From: Monocercomonoides exilis PA203
Lineage: Eukaryota > Protista > Preaxostyla
Length of the DNA stretch: 64,000 bases
Reading direction: 5' to 3'
NCBI GenBank assembly: GCA_001643675.2
Contig: LSRY02000020.1
Coordinates: forward strand, 1 to 64,000
Shown: piece by piece, positions 12,790-25,327 of the stretch
Position numbering within the stretch: the first letter of the stretch is position 1
How the letters are laid out: every line of letters begins with the position of its first letter
Notes under the pieces: model-generated
Told to the model about the DNA's origin: nothing
Databases searched by the model: none
The model's input: only the letters and a program-made list of their open reading frames with translations
Made by a program: the position numbers and the translations under genes

Positions 12790-15200
12790 TATTATGCGTG
12801 CCTGAAATTTGGTGCTTTCGGAGATGCTTTCTGCTTCGCTGGTGGCGCAGATTCTTTCGTTTGCAGTGTTGGTTAATACTGTTTGGGAGAAAGCGGATCT
12901 TTTCTGCAGTGGATGTGAATGCGTTCTTGCAGGTTATAATCTGTTTGCCCCTTCGCTGCTTCCATCTGCGATAGTGTTGATGGAGTTTTTATCTTCGCAG
13001 TCGATGCGTTTAATAACGAAGATAGACGATGAAGTGATGGAGCGAGGGGTCACATTGAATGAAGTGGTGGAGATTGTGGAGAAGGGGTTGGACACCGTGG
13101 AGCTGTGGATGTGGGAAGCAGTTCTGTCACCAGCAGCGATTGCTCCGGGAGTACTTGAGGAGCGAGAAGAGGCAGAAAAGGATAAGGAGGAGAAGATGAT
13201 GAGAAGGAGGTGGAAGAAAAAGATGAAGTGGGAAATAAAAAGAAGTGAATAAAGATGATGATTGGCAAATGAAAATGCTTGCAAAGTTAATGCTGTTTCG
13301 ATAATTTACTGCTGAATCCTTTTTCGTTTTTTGATTTCAAGTAGAAAATCAAAACAAAACGTTGAAGGTATTGAAACGGGCTTATTCTTTGTTTCAGCTC
13401 CTTTCAATTTCTCGATTGAAAAACATTCATTCTAAGCCTTTCGAATGTCTCTGCCAAATCCATCTCCTCTCCATTGTCTTCCTTCTCACCACTCACCTGA
13501 ATATCCTGTCAATCCACATACGCTGCCCTGTTCAGCAAGGGCTCTGCAGATCAAGAGCATCCCTCGTCGCGAACGCGATGCTGCTCGCAAACACATCTGC
13601 ATTGCATAATCTGTTCTTTCCAAGTATCCCACAAGGGATTGGCAGCAGGAAGAAGGAAATAGAAGAACAAAGAGAGGAAAATGCAGAGCTTGGGTTAAGT
13701 TATGTCAAGAGATTTCTGTGCGAGAGAAGAGAAGTATGTAGCTGGAGATGAATGAGCGAGTGGCTCTGGAGGAGTGCCAACAAGAACAGAAGGGGCAGAC
13801 AATTGTGAGTGTAAAAAGGGAGAAAAAGGATGAGTGGCAATTGTCAAGGGGGCTGTGATGTGTTGAGCGCGCAGCTGGGCAGATGAGAGTGCGCTGTCGA
13901 GCGAGTAAAATGTCCGGTACTGTTCATCATCATTTTCATCACCTCCTTCTTCTTTTCCTCTGTCCTTCCTCCTCCTTTCTGTCGCTGCCTGTGCAAGCCT
14001 TGTGTCGAAAGCGTCAACTTGTAACGTACAAAACTCATCTTTCTTGTTTGTTTTCATCTTCATCTTTGACTCTTCTCGTTGATTTCATTTGCTCTGCTCC
14101 GCGCTCAACTAACTTTTGTAGTTTTCTTTCTTTTCTTCTTCCTTTGGAACACGCTGTCCTCTCATAGTTCCTTGGTAGTATCACAAAGATAGAGCATGAG
14201 CGCAACGTATCTGGCAGCTCCTTCCCCCTTCCACTGCCATTTCTCGTGCGACGCCCATTCGCCTCATTCTGAACAGCAAGAGCACGGATGTCGTTCGAAA
14301 CGCTGAAGCAGATCGGGATGTGCTGTTGAAGAAGAGAAGAGAAGTTCATATGCGCAAACTGCAATCCAACAAAAGGCTTTGATATTGATGATGATACTGT
14401 TGAGAGAAGGCAAACTGAATAAAATATTTATCAGGGTGAATTATCTGGCTACTGATTGAATAGCTCATATTCATTCCAAGGAAGGTGGAATGATCCAATA
14501 CGAAGTGAGAGGAAATATCATTGAAAAAGAGGAGGAAGGTGAATGCATGCGGTTACAGAGAAATCCATTTATTATCTTTAAGTATTTTCGAAGAAGTGCT
14601 TGATATGTTTTCAAATGATTTTATTGATTGAACAATATATTGTGTTTGATTTGAAAACTTCGAAGGAGCAGTTAATTGAAATCACAATATTTTTAACAGG
14701 CAGATTCAAGCTTATCAAAGAAATCGGATATCCCCGAATCTTTAGCAGCTTTTGAGTTATTATCTTTCAATTCTTGCCACAAACAGAAAATGATCTGGCC
14801 TTTTTGTACGAAAAATAGAAATGTACAAAACATCTGTTGAGGTTAATGGCAAAAAATGTGAAGAAGGTCAAGAAAAACACGAAGACGAAGGCGAAGGAGG
14901 AGGAGGAGGAGATGATGAAGAAGAAGAAGAAGCAATATTTGACTGAAGATAATTTTGTGTATTTTTGGCTATGTGATTCATAACAGGCGTGCTTGTCGCT
15001 GAATAAGCAAGTGAATTGTGAGAAGGCGAATCTTGTGTTTGTTAATCGAATAATGAGGAAGATGGTTATAAAAATGAAGGAGGATTATCAAAAGAAGAAG
15101 AAGAAGAAGAAGAAGAAGAAGAAGATGCAGTTGAGAAATGCTAAATCAGTCGAACGATATTTATGATGTTGAGAATAATTTGTATGAAATTGTTGATTGG
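12790..15200. pseudogene. Mosaic of short unrelated coding remnants on both strands
   Basis: Short ORFs (e.g. 12809-13252 +, 13695-14364 -) with coding-like composition, no starts, and bounded by GAA/TCT-rich tracts. Confidence 0.4.
15092..15124 (+). repeat. (GAA)n microsatellite
   Basis: About 11 uninterrupted AGA/GAA units. Confidence 0.9.
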
Positions 15201-16459
15201 CCAAAACGTCTCGCTTGATGCATTAACTTCAGATTGGCTTGAAAAACTCAATCACAATATTTGAGACGAACAGATTGTGGAAATCAATATTGCTGTATTT
15301 TTCCAAAGGCAATTCACTTTCTTTTTATTACTTCCCCTCCTTTCCCCTCAAAAGCAGAAAATGTTGATTTTTCTTAATTTCCTTCTTTTCCATTCCACTC
15401 TTCCATTCAGCTCATAAAATCATCAGAAAATATCAATTCCCTTCCTTTTCTTCATCTTTCCCAGTCTCTTCCATAAAACATTCTTCCCCTCTCATAAAAA
15501 ATACTCCTCTTCCAATCAAACACTTCAGAATATTCATCTTCTTTCCCGCTTTTGCTCTCTTTTCCTTCACTTCAAAATCCATTTCTCCAATCAACAATAA
15601 TCACCTTCCTCACCATCCCCAGCAACTTCTCTATATATTTACAACATTATCTTCTCAGAATCTCCACCCACTCTTCCCCACCCCTTTGTCTCAGAATTTC
15701 TTTCATTTAAAAATCATTCTTGAAACATTAGCATTCAAAAAAACACTCAACTCCCACCCCCTGCCACAAATAATCTTCTTTCATCTCTTCTCTGCCCCAT
15801 ATCCCTCCTATATCTGTTATTGATGAGATAAACCTCAAATATTGATTTGGATGATTGAGAATAATATTAAAGGAGATGATCATGGCCGAAACAGAAAAAA
15901 CACCTCTGACATCCCCACAATGTGGATGGGATAAGAAGACCCTCCAGCGAGATACACGATATATTTTGTGGAGGCGTGTTCCTAGCAATTTGACAGTTCT
16001 GTGACAGATAAACTGTTGATATTTTTTTTATGATTATTGCTGTGGAGATGAAGCTGTTAAGCAAAAAACAGTCGAGGGGTTATTTGTTCTTTATTTATTT
16101 TTCTATATATGAATATTAGCCTGTTGACTGTTTTTGTGTTGTTTTTAGGGCTGGAGGCGGAAATGAATGGAAATGAGAAAAAGCTGGATATCGTGTTATG
16201 CAGAATTGACATCGAATTGGGAGAGCGAATTCATAGAAAGTCCACAGGACAGAGGGATTGAGAAGGAAATTAGAGATGTTAATTTTTTTTGAAGCAGTTG
16301 GATTTATAAAACAAACAAAAACCTCTTCTTTTCGAGAAAAGAAGAAACATTAAAAGGAGAAAAGGATATTTGAAAGGACGATATGTTAGTCAGCGCAAGA
16401 TCTGTTGAAATTTATTGATTCAATTCACAATTTTCAATATCAACTAATCAATTTTTTTT

Positions 16460-16685
16460 TTCTTTTTCAATAACAATATGAAACATATTTTTTAATTTGA
16501 AATTGTTATATTACATTATTGTAATTATTGTTATCATGTTTTTGATATCAGTTAACTTAAGTTTTATTATGTATTTCGAATTTTCGATATTTTTGTGTAA
16601 ATTTTTAATGTTTTTTTCAAAATTTGTTATAAAAACGATTGGAAACTAATTTATTTCAACAAATAATAAATAACAACAATATATT
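16460..16685 (+). repeat. Dispersed AT-rich repeat, copy 2
   Basis: Collinear similarity to 11660-11880. Confidence 0.6.
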
Positions 16686-16727
16686 TAACTTTAATTTTTT
16701 GTATTTTCACATAAAGTATACCTTATC

Positions 16728-16915
16728 AACCCCACCCTTAATGAAAATTTTTAATGATCAAACTTCGTAATTTTTTATGATATCAAAAATAATCACCCAT
16801 ATATTAAACAATATTTTTATGTAAATATCAATTAAAATTTTCTAATAAACCCCACCCTTTATGAAATATTATTATGATCAATCTTCGAAATTTTTTATGA
16901 TATCAATAAAAATCA
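16728..16915 (+). repeat. Direct repeat of ~68 bp at 120-bp period
   Basis: aaccccacccttWatgaaa...atgatcaaWcttcgWaattttttatgatatcaa...aatca at 16728-16795 and 16848-16915. Confidence 0.85.
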
Positions 16916-18412
16916 TAAATCCAAACAAATCGAAATAAAGTTAATTGAATGTTGAATCATCAGTATTGCAATCGATTTCACTACAAAAACCAGTGTCAAA
17001 ATCGAAAGAAAATTGAAAAAAATAAACAATTTAAAATGACCAGAAAAAGCAATAAAATTTTAAATAAATGTTGATGCAAATTTAAATCCTAAGCTCCAAA
17101 GAAACCTGTTGAAATGGTTTTAAAACACTTTCAAAATTTCTTTTATTATCTAAACAAAACTATTGTGTTTTCATTCAAATTTCCAAGGAAAAAACTCTTT
17201 TTGTGAAAATTCACCTTTTGTTTTTTATGTTCTGACAAAGTTTGCATATATATCCAACTGGTCAAGACTATGCTTTGCATATGACTTTCCTCAAAACAGA
17301 ACGCACGTTTGTACTAATCCTAACCCTTAACTGAAACCTTACCCTTTTCCCCTTAATCGTAGTCGTTAAATGACATTTTTAGTTATTTGAGACAAAATAT
17401 TTGACTTCATGCATTTTCATTGAAAAATTATGTACATTTGATGCACTTATTGTGATCAAAAATTTAGAAATAAATGTGTTTATTTTTTGAAATATATGAA
17501 AGGTCACAAAACATTTTGTTATTACATCAGTGATGTTTATTTCCTGTTGAAAATATAAAATATCTTACGAAATCTGGTTGAGTTTCAAAATGTAATAAGT
17601 GAAACAATTTTTTCATGCTTTGTGCATAAAAAGCTTGAAAGTCCGTATTTTCCCCCATTTCTCTTTGAAAAATGAATGTGAAAAAATTATTGAACTGCAT
17701 TAATTGTGTTCCAATCATCGAAATAATATTTTATGTTAATGTTTTTTTCTAATTAACGTGACAATTCAATCTGTGTTTATGCTGAATGTTGAAAAACACT
17801 TAATCCATTGAAAAATCAATGGAAAAAAAAGTGAATAGTTGCATAAAAAGCAACGAAAATACTTTGATTTACAAAAGAAAATGTCTGCAAATACATATCG
17901 GATAAACAATTGAAAAATAAGAATTACAATTCAACAAAAACTCATTTAAAAAAACATTCGATAAGGTGTTAGCAAATCAATCAAACGAATATTTGAAAAC
18001 CAACATAAAATAACTACTCATATCTATTAACAATCAAAAAGGGAAATACAATCACAAAAGCTTGAAAAACGGGGGAAAAAAATGAAAAAAAAGACAAGCA
18101 TAAACAGTTGTTTTGGTGAGTAACCGAATTCAGTGATATTATACAAACAAATTACAAGAAGGTGGTGAATGTGAGTGTGTTAAAAATGAAATTAAAATTA
18201 AATCCAACAATAACAAAAAAAATAAATTTATTAATAAATTTATAAATAAATAGATAAATAAAATAAAATAAAATAAAATAAAATAAACAAAATTTAAAAC
18301 ACGAAAACAATGATTGCCAGACTTCTTTTAAATAATCTCTCTTCAACATGTCTATTCATATAAAATCATTATTTCACCTTTCTCATTTCATTCACCAATT
18401 AAAAGTTATAAG

Positions 18413-21400
18413 TCATTCTTCAACATTTTTGCATTCACTCTTTGCTTCAAAAATGATAATCTTTCCGCTTTTGTTGATCGTATATTGGCTTGATCTCATG
18501 CTTGTCACATCGATCGCATCTGACATCGTTATCATCGCTGCACCTGCTGGAAAACGCTGAATAAACTCTCTCTTCAGATTTTGCAGCGATGGTCTTTCTG
18601 ATGGCTCACCTGACAGGCATTCCTTCACCACCTCTTCAAGGCTCGACTGCTCATCCCCCATCCTCGGCCTCTCCCCATTCATAATCTTCTGCCCTGCTGC
18701 CTCAGCCTCATACTCCCCAAACGGAATCTCCAACGTCAGGCACTCCCACAGCATCATCCCAATCGAGAATGCCACTGACTCCTTTGTTGCTCCTATCTTC
18801 TTGTTCATCTGCAGCTCTGGCGCCTTCCATCTGAAACACTCTTTTTTGAAGCTATCTTCATCCTCAAATGCGGAAGAAGGAAGAGAATCTTCATCATCAT
18901 CTTCACTTGCAGAAGTCGCAACCGTTGATGAAGAGATGGAAGATGAACCTGAATCAGAAGAAGAGCAGTCAGAATGCATCGCAACACAGATCACCATATG
19001 CTCAGAAAACAAAACAATGTGAGGACTCAGATTGGAAAGAGAAGAAAGAGGGTTTTCCATCTCGTCAAATGAATGAAATGCAAGGTTAGCCACCCAGAAC
19101 AGGATCTGGGAAGCTGTCTGTTCCCTTTCCTGCAAAGTGCCAATCGCCATCTCCTTCTTCTCATTCCTTCCGTGAAGCAGCATGAACAGTGAATCCCTCA
19201 AATCCACAATCAGTTTCTCATGTGGCGATGAGCAGGCAATTGCATCCACCAGATTCGACATTGAAGAAGTGGTTGGACACATACTCTCTGGTCGGATAAA
19301 AGTGGAATCTGAATCTGTCGTTGAAGTGGATGAGATTGATGGTGATGGCGTTCGCTTTCTTGTTTCCTCCCCTTCTTTTTCGTCAACTTTCTCGAGCATC
19401 CATTGAGGAATCTTGTCTGAATCTCTCCCCAAGATGTATTCAGTTGATCCACATTCACTCAGCAAATGCTCCGATGATTCTGAATGCTCTATATTTGAAT
19501 CATATATTCTCTTCTTCATCCTCTCTTCGTTTTTCTTCTCTGCCTCCCTCTCTGCTCTCCTCCACTGCTCCTCTGGTGACATCTCCATCGTAACCATCTC
19601 AAATGCCTTTGGATCTTTTTTGATATTATCATTCACAATTTCTTCCAATTCTTCTGTCCTTCTCTTTTGCTTTCTCCATCGAACAGCCAGAACAATTGAC
19701 ACAATCAAAACAATCAAAAGAACAATAGCCATTATAATAACTATTAACAACAAAGAAGATTTCCCTTCTTTTCCTCCTTCAACAATCCTTTCATCCTCAT
19801 CTGCCTTTGTTTCACTTGCATTCTTCAGAATGAATGAATTTGTTAAAGAAGGAGATTCTGCATTTCCAAACAAAATAAACACGCTCTCTTCAATTTCATC
19901 TCCACAACTGCTGATGAGATCTTTTCCCACATTCCCTTCTGCTTCTCTTTCTGATAAAAACCCATTTGAATCGAAATCTTCCTTTTCAATCTCTTTCTCT
20001 TCTCCCTTCCTCTTCACAATTGAAAATGACAGATTGCATGGAACAAGAAGCATCCCTTTGAATATCAGCTTCATTCTATCTTTCTCTTCTTTTGCTTCCA
20101 CGCTCTCCAGCACAGGGATGAAGAATGATGAATCCCTCTCAGAAACAATCCCTTCAAAACTGCATCCTTCATTCAAAATCCAAAGTGAAGTATTATCCTT
20201 CAATCCATCTCCTCCTTTCAAACTCATCACATTCAATGTTCCTGAATCTGAACAGATGATATTCCTTCTCAATGATAGATATCCTTCAATGGACGGATTA
20301 TTGTTCTCAAATCTTCCATCACTAACAGTCAACTCCCCTCCACTCATTGTTATTCCACCTTCTGGAGAATTGGTTATTGCTGTATCTTTCATCATCACAG
20401 AACTCTTCACAACATCCACAAGAGATCCAGACCAACTGCATATCTCTTGTTCCACATTCAAATTCTTCTCCTTTCTTTCCTTTGAACTTCCATCGAAATT
20501 GCAACTATCCATTTTTACATCCAAACAATTCTCCATTTTCGTCAATTTCCCTTTTGCTTTGTTTGAACTGACTCCACCTATTGTGCAATTTGTTAATTGC
20601 ATCGTCTTTTTCATTGAAAAGCATGATATTAATGATTCTTCATTTCCTTCAACTGAAATATTTTCTGTATGTAACTTTTCCATATTCAATCGCTCACATT
20701 CATTAATCTCAATAAGTGAATGAGAAATTGTTGAATTGCTGATCTCAAACAAATAAATCACTGATGGAAGTGGTGATGAAAGATATAATGCTGATTTTTG
20801 AAGAATGAGATTTGATATTGTGCATCCATCAAGTTGTAATTCTCCCTTTGCCATGTTGAAAATGTGATATGGAATATTTGCAAATTCTTCATTAACTCCT
20901 TCTGTCAATTGTTTTGTTGTGAATGAACAATTCATCACTTCAAGAATCCCTCCTTCTGGCGATATCAATGATTCATGTTGAGAAATGAAATTCGAATCAA
21001 ACACAAAGTTCACTCTCACCAATGAGACTGTTCCTGTTGTTGTTATCAATTCCCTTCTTGTTTTTCCAATCCCTGATTTCACTTCAACTTCACACAAATC
21101 TCTGCTCTTCGAGCTTAAACTCATTTCCTTCAAATTAATCTCTTCTTCAATAAAACTCTCTTCTATCACAAGTATTTGACTAATCAGCTCCGATGTCAGA
21201 TGAATAAGACCATAGTTAATTGAATCGCATGGAATAGCGTTTGTTCCACACTGCTTTTCATTTGACCCATTCACACTGCAAACAATGATTGTGTCACTCT
21301 GGTGGATCGTCACAAATCCAATTAGATCTGTATCATTTGGATAATTGCATTTATCAATTCCAAATATCGCATTGTAACGATTGAAGTGGCCTTCATGAAG

Positions 21401-24400
21401 ATCAAATTGAAATTGGATTTCATTGATTTGAGAAGAAATGTTGAAGCATTCAACGAAAATGTCGTTTCCCACTTTTGCTGCGTTAGCGCTGAACTTCATT
21501 CCCACAAATGCGAAATCCAATTCTCCTTTTTCCTTTGTTGCTAGATACACCCCTCCTCCTTTCCCTTTTCTAACACAGCAATTGCAATTAGTGATTTTAG
21601 AATCAATCATCTTCATTGAACCGGATGAGCCTAATGTGAAGAATATTGTTCCTCCTTTTTCACTTGTTTCTGCTTTGTCTTCTGTGATGTTGCTCTCATT
21701 CACAGCCAAGCAAATCTTTTTCTCACTCTTTGACTCCAAAATGCTTGGCCCATTGTCATTTCTCTTCACTCCTGAAAATGATGAGCTATCAATGTTGAGA
21801 TTCATTTCCTCTCCTCCTTCATTAATCTTTGTTGTTGATTCAGGTCCTTTGATCAGAAGAAAACATCCTCCACTTTCATTCAACGATTCTTCTCGAACAT
21901 TCATAAAATGGCAAGAGACTCCAGCATCATGAATAACACAAATACTGTTTCTAATATTGCATAATTCTATGGACAAATCATTCGCATCCACACTTCCTCC
22001 AATTGCATCCACAAATGCACAATCAAATCCATTGTTCACTCCTGCTTCTGAATTGAATGCACATCCAGTTATCACCAAATCTCCACCTTTGTTTGCAATA
22101 ATCGATTTGGCTGAATTGTCAAATCCCGATGTCAGTTGAAGTTTTATATTCATCAATTCAAGATGTTTATAATTTCCCATGAAATATTCTAGTTGACTTC
22201 CAATTGCCTTTTCAAAATTCAATATTGCTTTTGTATCTTCTTCTCCCATCAATGATGACTTTCTGATCTGATAATTGGACATGTTGAATGAATCTCGAAT
22301 GATAGTTGATCCTTCAATCTGAATTGTTTTTCTTCCAATATCCTTTTTCATGTTTTTCATTCCTTTCCACATTGTTTGACATGGCTCATTCTCACTTCCA
22401 CAACGCGCCACATCAAATCCATTCGACGAGATAAATATCTCAAATGAGCTGTATGTGACGAGGAACATGAACAAATCCTTTTCTTGATGAAAATCATCAC
22501 TCCCAACAAACAGAGTTTTATCGTTTATCATTGAGGAATAATCGAAGTTGAACAATGCGTTTGTCACAGTCTTGTTTAGATCATCTGACAATATGAACAT
22601 GTTCTTTCCAAATTCTGCTTCATTCTGTTCAAATATCAAATTTTCAAATAATTCAAATTTTGCATCTGCATCACCCAGATTAAGCAACATTCCTCCTCCA
22701 TATCCACTGCACTTTGTTTTGTTGAATTTTGTTGTTCCTCCACTGTGCGATGCTGATGTTCCAATGCAAGCTTTGCTCGTTGCTTCTTCCAATTCTATTT
22801 TTATTCCCCCGCCATTTCCATTCATGCATTCACAACTCTCCATCGTTGTATTCCACACAACAAATGTCTCTCCTCCCTTCACACTCTTTGCCATCACCAC
22901 ACCATCTCCTCCTGTCCGGTTCACATTTCGAATTGTCACATTCCCCAGCAAACTCTCTCCAGATGACGATCCTGCTGATGATGGCTCGACAAACAAAGGC
23001 TGTGATATTTTCATATTTTCAATCTCCACATCAATCATCTTCAACTGCCTCAGCATCACTTCAAACACAGATGCTGATATAACACTTCCTCCTGATGTCG
23101 AAGAACTGATCACCACATCCTCCAGTGAAAGTGTCCCGCTCCCCACAGACACCACAAACACACTCGGCGATGGGCTTCTTGTCGCGTTGTGATCGATCCC
23201 TGCATGCCCCACCTCCAGTTGACCAGAAGATATGCTAAACAGCGTTGTCGATGAAGAAGAAAGAGAATTCGTCCCAATCACACTCACTTCTTTCCCTCTC
23301 CCAACAACAGAAATCTTCTTTTCACCAACGCTGATTGTTGATGCTTCGCTTTCATGCCTCCCATTCAGAACTGAAATTCCGAAACTACCTAAATTATAGC
23401 ATTTGTTCACACAATGATAAACTGTTTGACAAGGCGATGCCTCATTCATTCCACACAATTCATGCGAGTCATTTCCATTCTCTCCAACAAATAATAACTT
23501 TCCATCCTTCAGCCACCACTTCTTTTCTGTGACCTGAAGACTATTTGCCCAATAGCACATTCTCCTCTCATTGGTATTTGTTGTATACGACTCATAAAAT
23601 GGGTTATTCAATGAAAAAAGATTGTAATAATCTCGAAAACACACATCATGACCAAATTGATCGGAATCGGTACATTTGCAATCGTTAAAGAAGAAGAAAT
23701 AGCAATAAATGTTGTTGCTTGGAGCTGTATTTTGGCTTGGGTCAAATTTCATTCCTCCACCAAATGACATAGCTGAGCACGAAATAAATTGGATGCTCCT
23801 CATTTTGAAAACAACCGGAACATATGAGCAGCTCATCCCTCCGCCATTTGTTCCTGTAATCGAGCAAGAAGTGAATAAGCACTCAAACACACAAGAGCTC
23901 TCCTCAATATCATTTTCTGCTCCAATACAGTTTGATCCAGAAGCATTAAAATCATGAAGATAAAGTCCACCTCCGAGGCTATTCGCTTTGCATTTCTGGA
24001 ACTCGCACCCACTGATCATTACACAAGATGAAATAGACCTGGCATACATCCCTCCTCCATAATCATATTCAGAAGTACAAGCATTGAATGAGTTGTTCTC
24101 AATCTTGATGGAATTTATTGAAACACACAAAATTCCTCCACCATCCCAATATGCAGTGCAGTTGTTGAACGAACAGAATTTTACTGAAAGCGTTCCCGAT
24201 GCCAGATTATACATGTATATTGCCCCTCCACTTGATATTCCATCTGAATAACAGAACTTTTCTCCAGTTGTTTTTGAGCCATTCCATGCACACCAAGTGA
24301 ACGAATTTGCCCCATCGTCTGCTATCTGCTTTCTCCCTGGTTTCGAAGGATTCCCTTCACTCCCGCTGATTGCAACGTTCTGCGATCGATAGCACCTGAC

Positions 24401-25327
24401 AAATGAAGTATTTGAGGCAGACAACGAAGACGAAGGGCTGTTCAGAGAGGGGACAATCCCTCCATCATACACATCCCACACCGATGAAAATTCACATCCA
24501 CTCATCAGAAACACTCTTTGACTCAACCCTTCACCCAGTTGTCTTGTTTTCTGTGGATTTGTGGAGATGTTGAAGAATTCTAATTGTGAAAGACACACAA
24601 AATGAGATGAGATGAATGGGGCTAAAGATACACAAAAAGACGAGAAATGTGAAGAGTAAACAGAAACATGGCATTTCTCTGAAATCTCTCCTTCCACTGT
24701 CTTTGAAGAGAAAAGTGGAGGAAATATTTGTTCAGTCGAAGTTGAAGTTGAAGACGATCTGAGGGTAATGTTGGTAAACAATCCGCAGCTCCCACAGAAA
24801 TCAAAGGGAGATGTCTCTCTCTCAACTCCTACAACACATCCACTCACCTCAACAAAACTTCCGTCCGATGCCCTGAGCACACTCTCCCCTCCTATTTCCA
24901 TCAATGTCAACGAATTCAATTTCATTGATGAATTGACCACAACAAGATATCCCTCAATCCCACTCCTATCACGTAGATCCTCCTTTCCCCACATTTTCCG
25001 TTTATCACAAAAACTCCGTTTTTGGACTTTCCCAATCTCTCCACTTCCTTCATTCCATTGTTTTGTGAATTTTTTCATCATTCTCTCTTCTTTCCAGGTT
25101 TCTCTCGCTCCACCTTCTTTTCCTTCAATATATGTAACAAATAAATTGTCATCTCCAATTTTGTTGTTTTGTGCCTTCTCTGGCCATGTGCCTTCAGGAT
25201 AATCCAATTCTCCTTCTTTCGCTGATTTCTCGATAAGTCCTGTTCCATCACTTGTAGCACCCTTGCATACGCACCCCACACTAATTATCCACACACAATA
25301 AAATATTCCTGATAGCCCCAATACCAT
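18413..25327 (-). CDS. Intronless single-pass receptor-like protein with beta-helix-like ectodomain and degenerate tyrosine-kinase-like C-terminus (2304 aa)
   Basis: Hydrophobic N-terminus; repeated GGAI/GGGI/GGGM and CG...PC motifs; TM segment LLLIVIIMAIVLLIVLIVSIVLAV followed by RWRKQKRR (about 19683-19754); kinase subdomains VIII-XI RWKAPEL, FSIGMMLWECLTLEIPF, GERP, CLSGEPSERPS. No HRD or DFG motif. Confidence 0.88.
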   Translation of the reverse strand: MVLGLSGIFYCVWIISVGCVCKGATSDGTGLIEKSAKEGELDYPEGTWPEKAQNNKIGDDNLFVTYIEGKEGGARETWKEERMMKKFTKQWNEGSGEIGKVQKRSFCDKRKMWGKEDLRDRSGIEGYLVVVNSSMKLNSLTLMEIGGESVLRASDGSFVEVSGCVVGVERETSPFDFCGSCGLFTNITLRSSSTSTSTEQIFPPLFSSKTVEGEISEKCHVSVYSSHFSSFCVSLAPFISSHFVCLSQLEFFNISTNPQKTRQLGEGLSQRVFLMSGCEFSSVWDVYDGGIVPSLNSPSSSLSASNTSFVRCYRSQNVAISGSEGNPSKPGRKQIADDGANSFTWCAWNGSKTTGEKFCYSDGISSGGAIYMYNLASGTLSVKFCSFNNCTAYWDGGGILCVSINSIKIENNSFNACTSEYDYGGGMYARSISSCVMISGCEFQKCKANSLGGGLYLHDFNASGSNCIGAENDIEESSCVFECLFTSCSITGTNGGGMSCSYVPVVFKMRSIQFISCSAMSFGGGMKFDPSQNTAPSNNIYCYFFFFNDCKCTDSDQFGHDVCFRDYYNLFSLNNPFYESYTTNTNERRMCYWANSLQVTEKKWWLKDGKLLFVGENGNDSHELCGMNEASPCQTVYHCVNKCYNLGSFGISVLNGRHESEASTISVGEKKISVVGRGKEVSVIGTNSLSSSSTTLFSISSGQLEVGHAGIDHNATRSPSPSVFVVSVGSGTLSLEDVVISSSTSGGSVISASVFEVMLRQLKMIDVEIENMKISQPLFVEPSSAGSSSGESLLGNVTIRNVNRTGGDGVVMAKSVKGGETFVVWNTTMESCECMNGNGGGIKIELEEATSKACIGTSASHSGGTTKFNKTKCSGYGGGMLLNLGDADAKFELFENLIFEQNEAEFGKNMFILSDDLNKTVTNALFNFDYSSMINDKTLFVGSDDFHQEKDLFMFLVTYSSFEIFISSNGFDVARCGSENEPCQTMWKGMKNMKKDIGRKTIQIEGSTIIRDSFNMSNYQIRKSSLMGEEDTKAILNFEKAIGSQLEYFMGNYKHLELMNIKLQLTSGFDNSAKSIIANKGGDLVITGCAFNSEAGVNNGFDCAFVDAIGGSVDANDLSIELCNIRNSICVIHDAGVSCHFMNVREESLNESGGCFLLIKGPESTTKINEGGEEMNLNIDSSSFSGVKRNDNGPSILESKSEKKICLAVNESNITEDKAETSEKGGTIFFTLGSSGSMKMIDSKITNCNCCVRKGKGGGVYLATKEKGELDFAFVGMKFSANAAKVGNDIFVECFNISSQINEIQFQFDLHEGHFNRYNAIFGIDKCNYPNDTDLIGFVTIHQSDTIIVCSVNGSNEKQCGTNAIPCDSINYGLIHLTSELISQILVIEESFIEEEINLKEMSLSSKSRDLCEVEVKSGIGKTRRELITTTGTVSLVRVNFVFDSNFISQHESLISPEGGILEVMNCSFTTKQLTEGVNEEFANIPYHIFNMAKGELQLDGCTISNLILQKSALYLSSPLPSVIYLFEISNSTISHSLIEINECERLNMEKLHTENISVEGNEESLISCFSMKKTMQLTNCTIGGVSSNKAKGKLTKMENCLDVKMDSCNFDGSSKERKEKNLNVEQEICSWSGSLVDVVKSSVMMKDTAITNSPEGGITMSGGELTVSDGRFENNNPSIEGYLSLRRNIICSDSGTLNVMSLKGGDGLKDNTSLWILNEGCSFEGIVSERDSSFFIPVLESVEAKEEKDRMKLIFKGMLLVPCNLSFSIVKRKGEEKEIEKEDFDSNGFLSEREAEGNVGKDLISSCGDEIEESVFILFGNAESPSLTNSFILKNASETKADEDERIVEGGKEGKSSLLLIVIIMAIVLLIVLIVSIVLAVRWRKQKRRTEELEEIVNDNIKKDPKAFEMVTMEMSPEEQWRRAEREAEKKNEERMKKRIYDSNIEHSESSEHLLSECGSTEYILGRDSDKIPQWMLEKVDEKEGEETRKRTPSPSISSTSTTDSDSTFIRPESMCPTTSSMSNLVDAIACSSPHEKLIVDLRDSLFMLLHGRNEKKEMAIGTLQEREQTASQILFWVANLAFHSFDEMENPLSSLSNLSPHIVLFSEHMVICVAMHSDCSSSDSGSSSISSSTVATSASEDDDEDSLPSSAFEDEDSFKKECFRWKAPELQMNKKIGATKESVAFSIGMMLWECLTLEIPFGEYEAEAAGQKIMNGERPRMGDEQSSLEEVVKECLSGEPSERPSLQNLKREFIQRFPAGAAMITMSDAIDVTSMRSSQYTINKSGKIIIFEAKSECKNVEE

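Noticed and set aside
17313-17355. Degenerate interstitial telomere-like sequence (ctaatcctaacccttaactgaaaccttaccc)
   Set aside because: Too short and degenerate to separate from chance.
19413-20723. Long antisense ORFs opposite real genes (also 37314-38279, 6796-7572, 52526-53113)
   Set aside because: Ser/Phe-rich mirror translations of GAA-rich sense codons; no domains.
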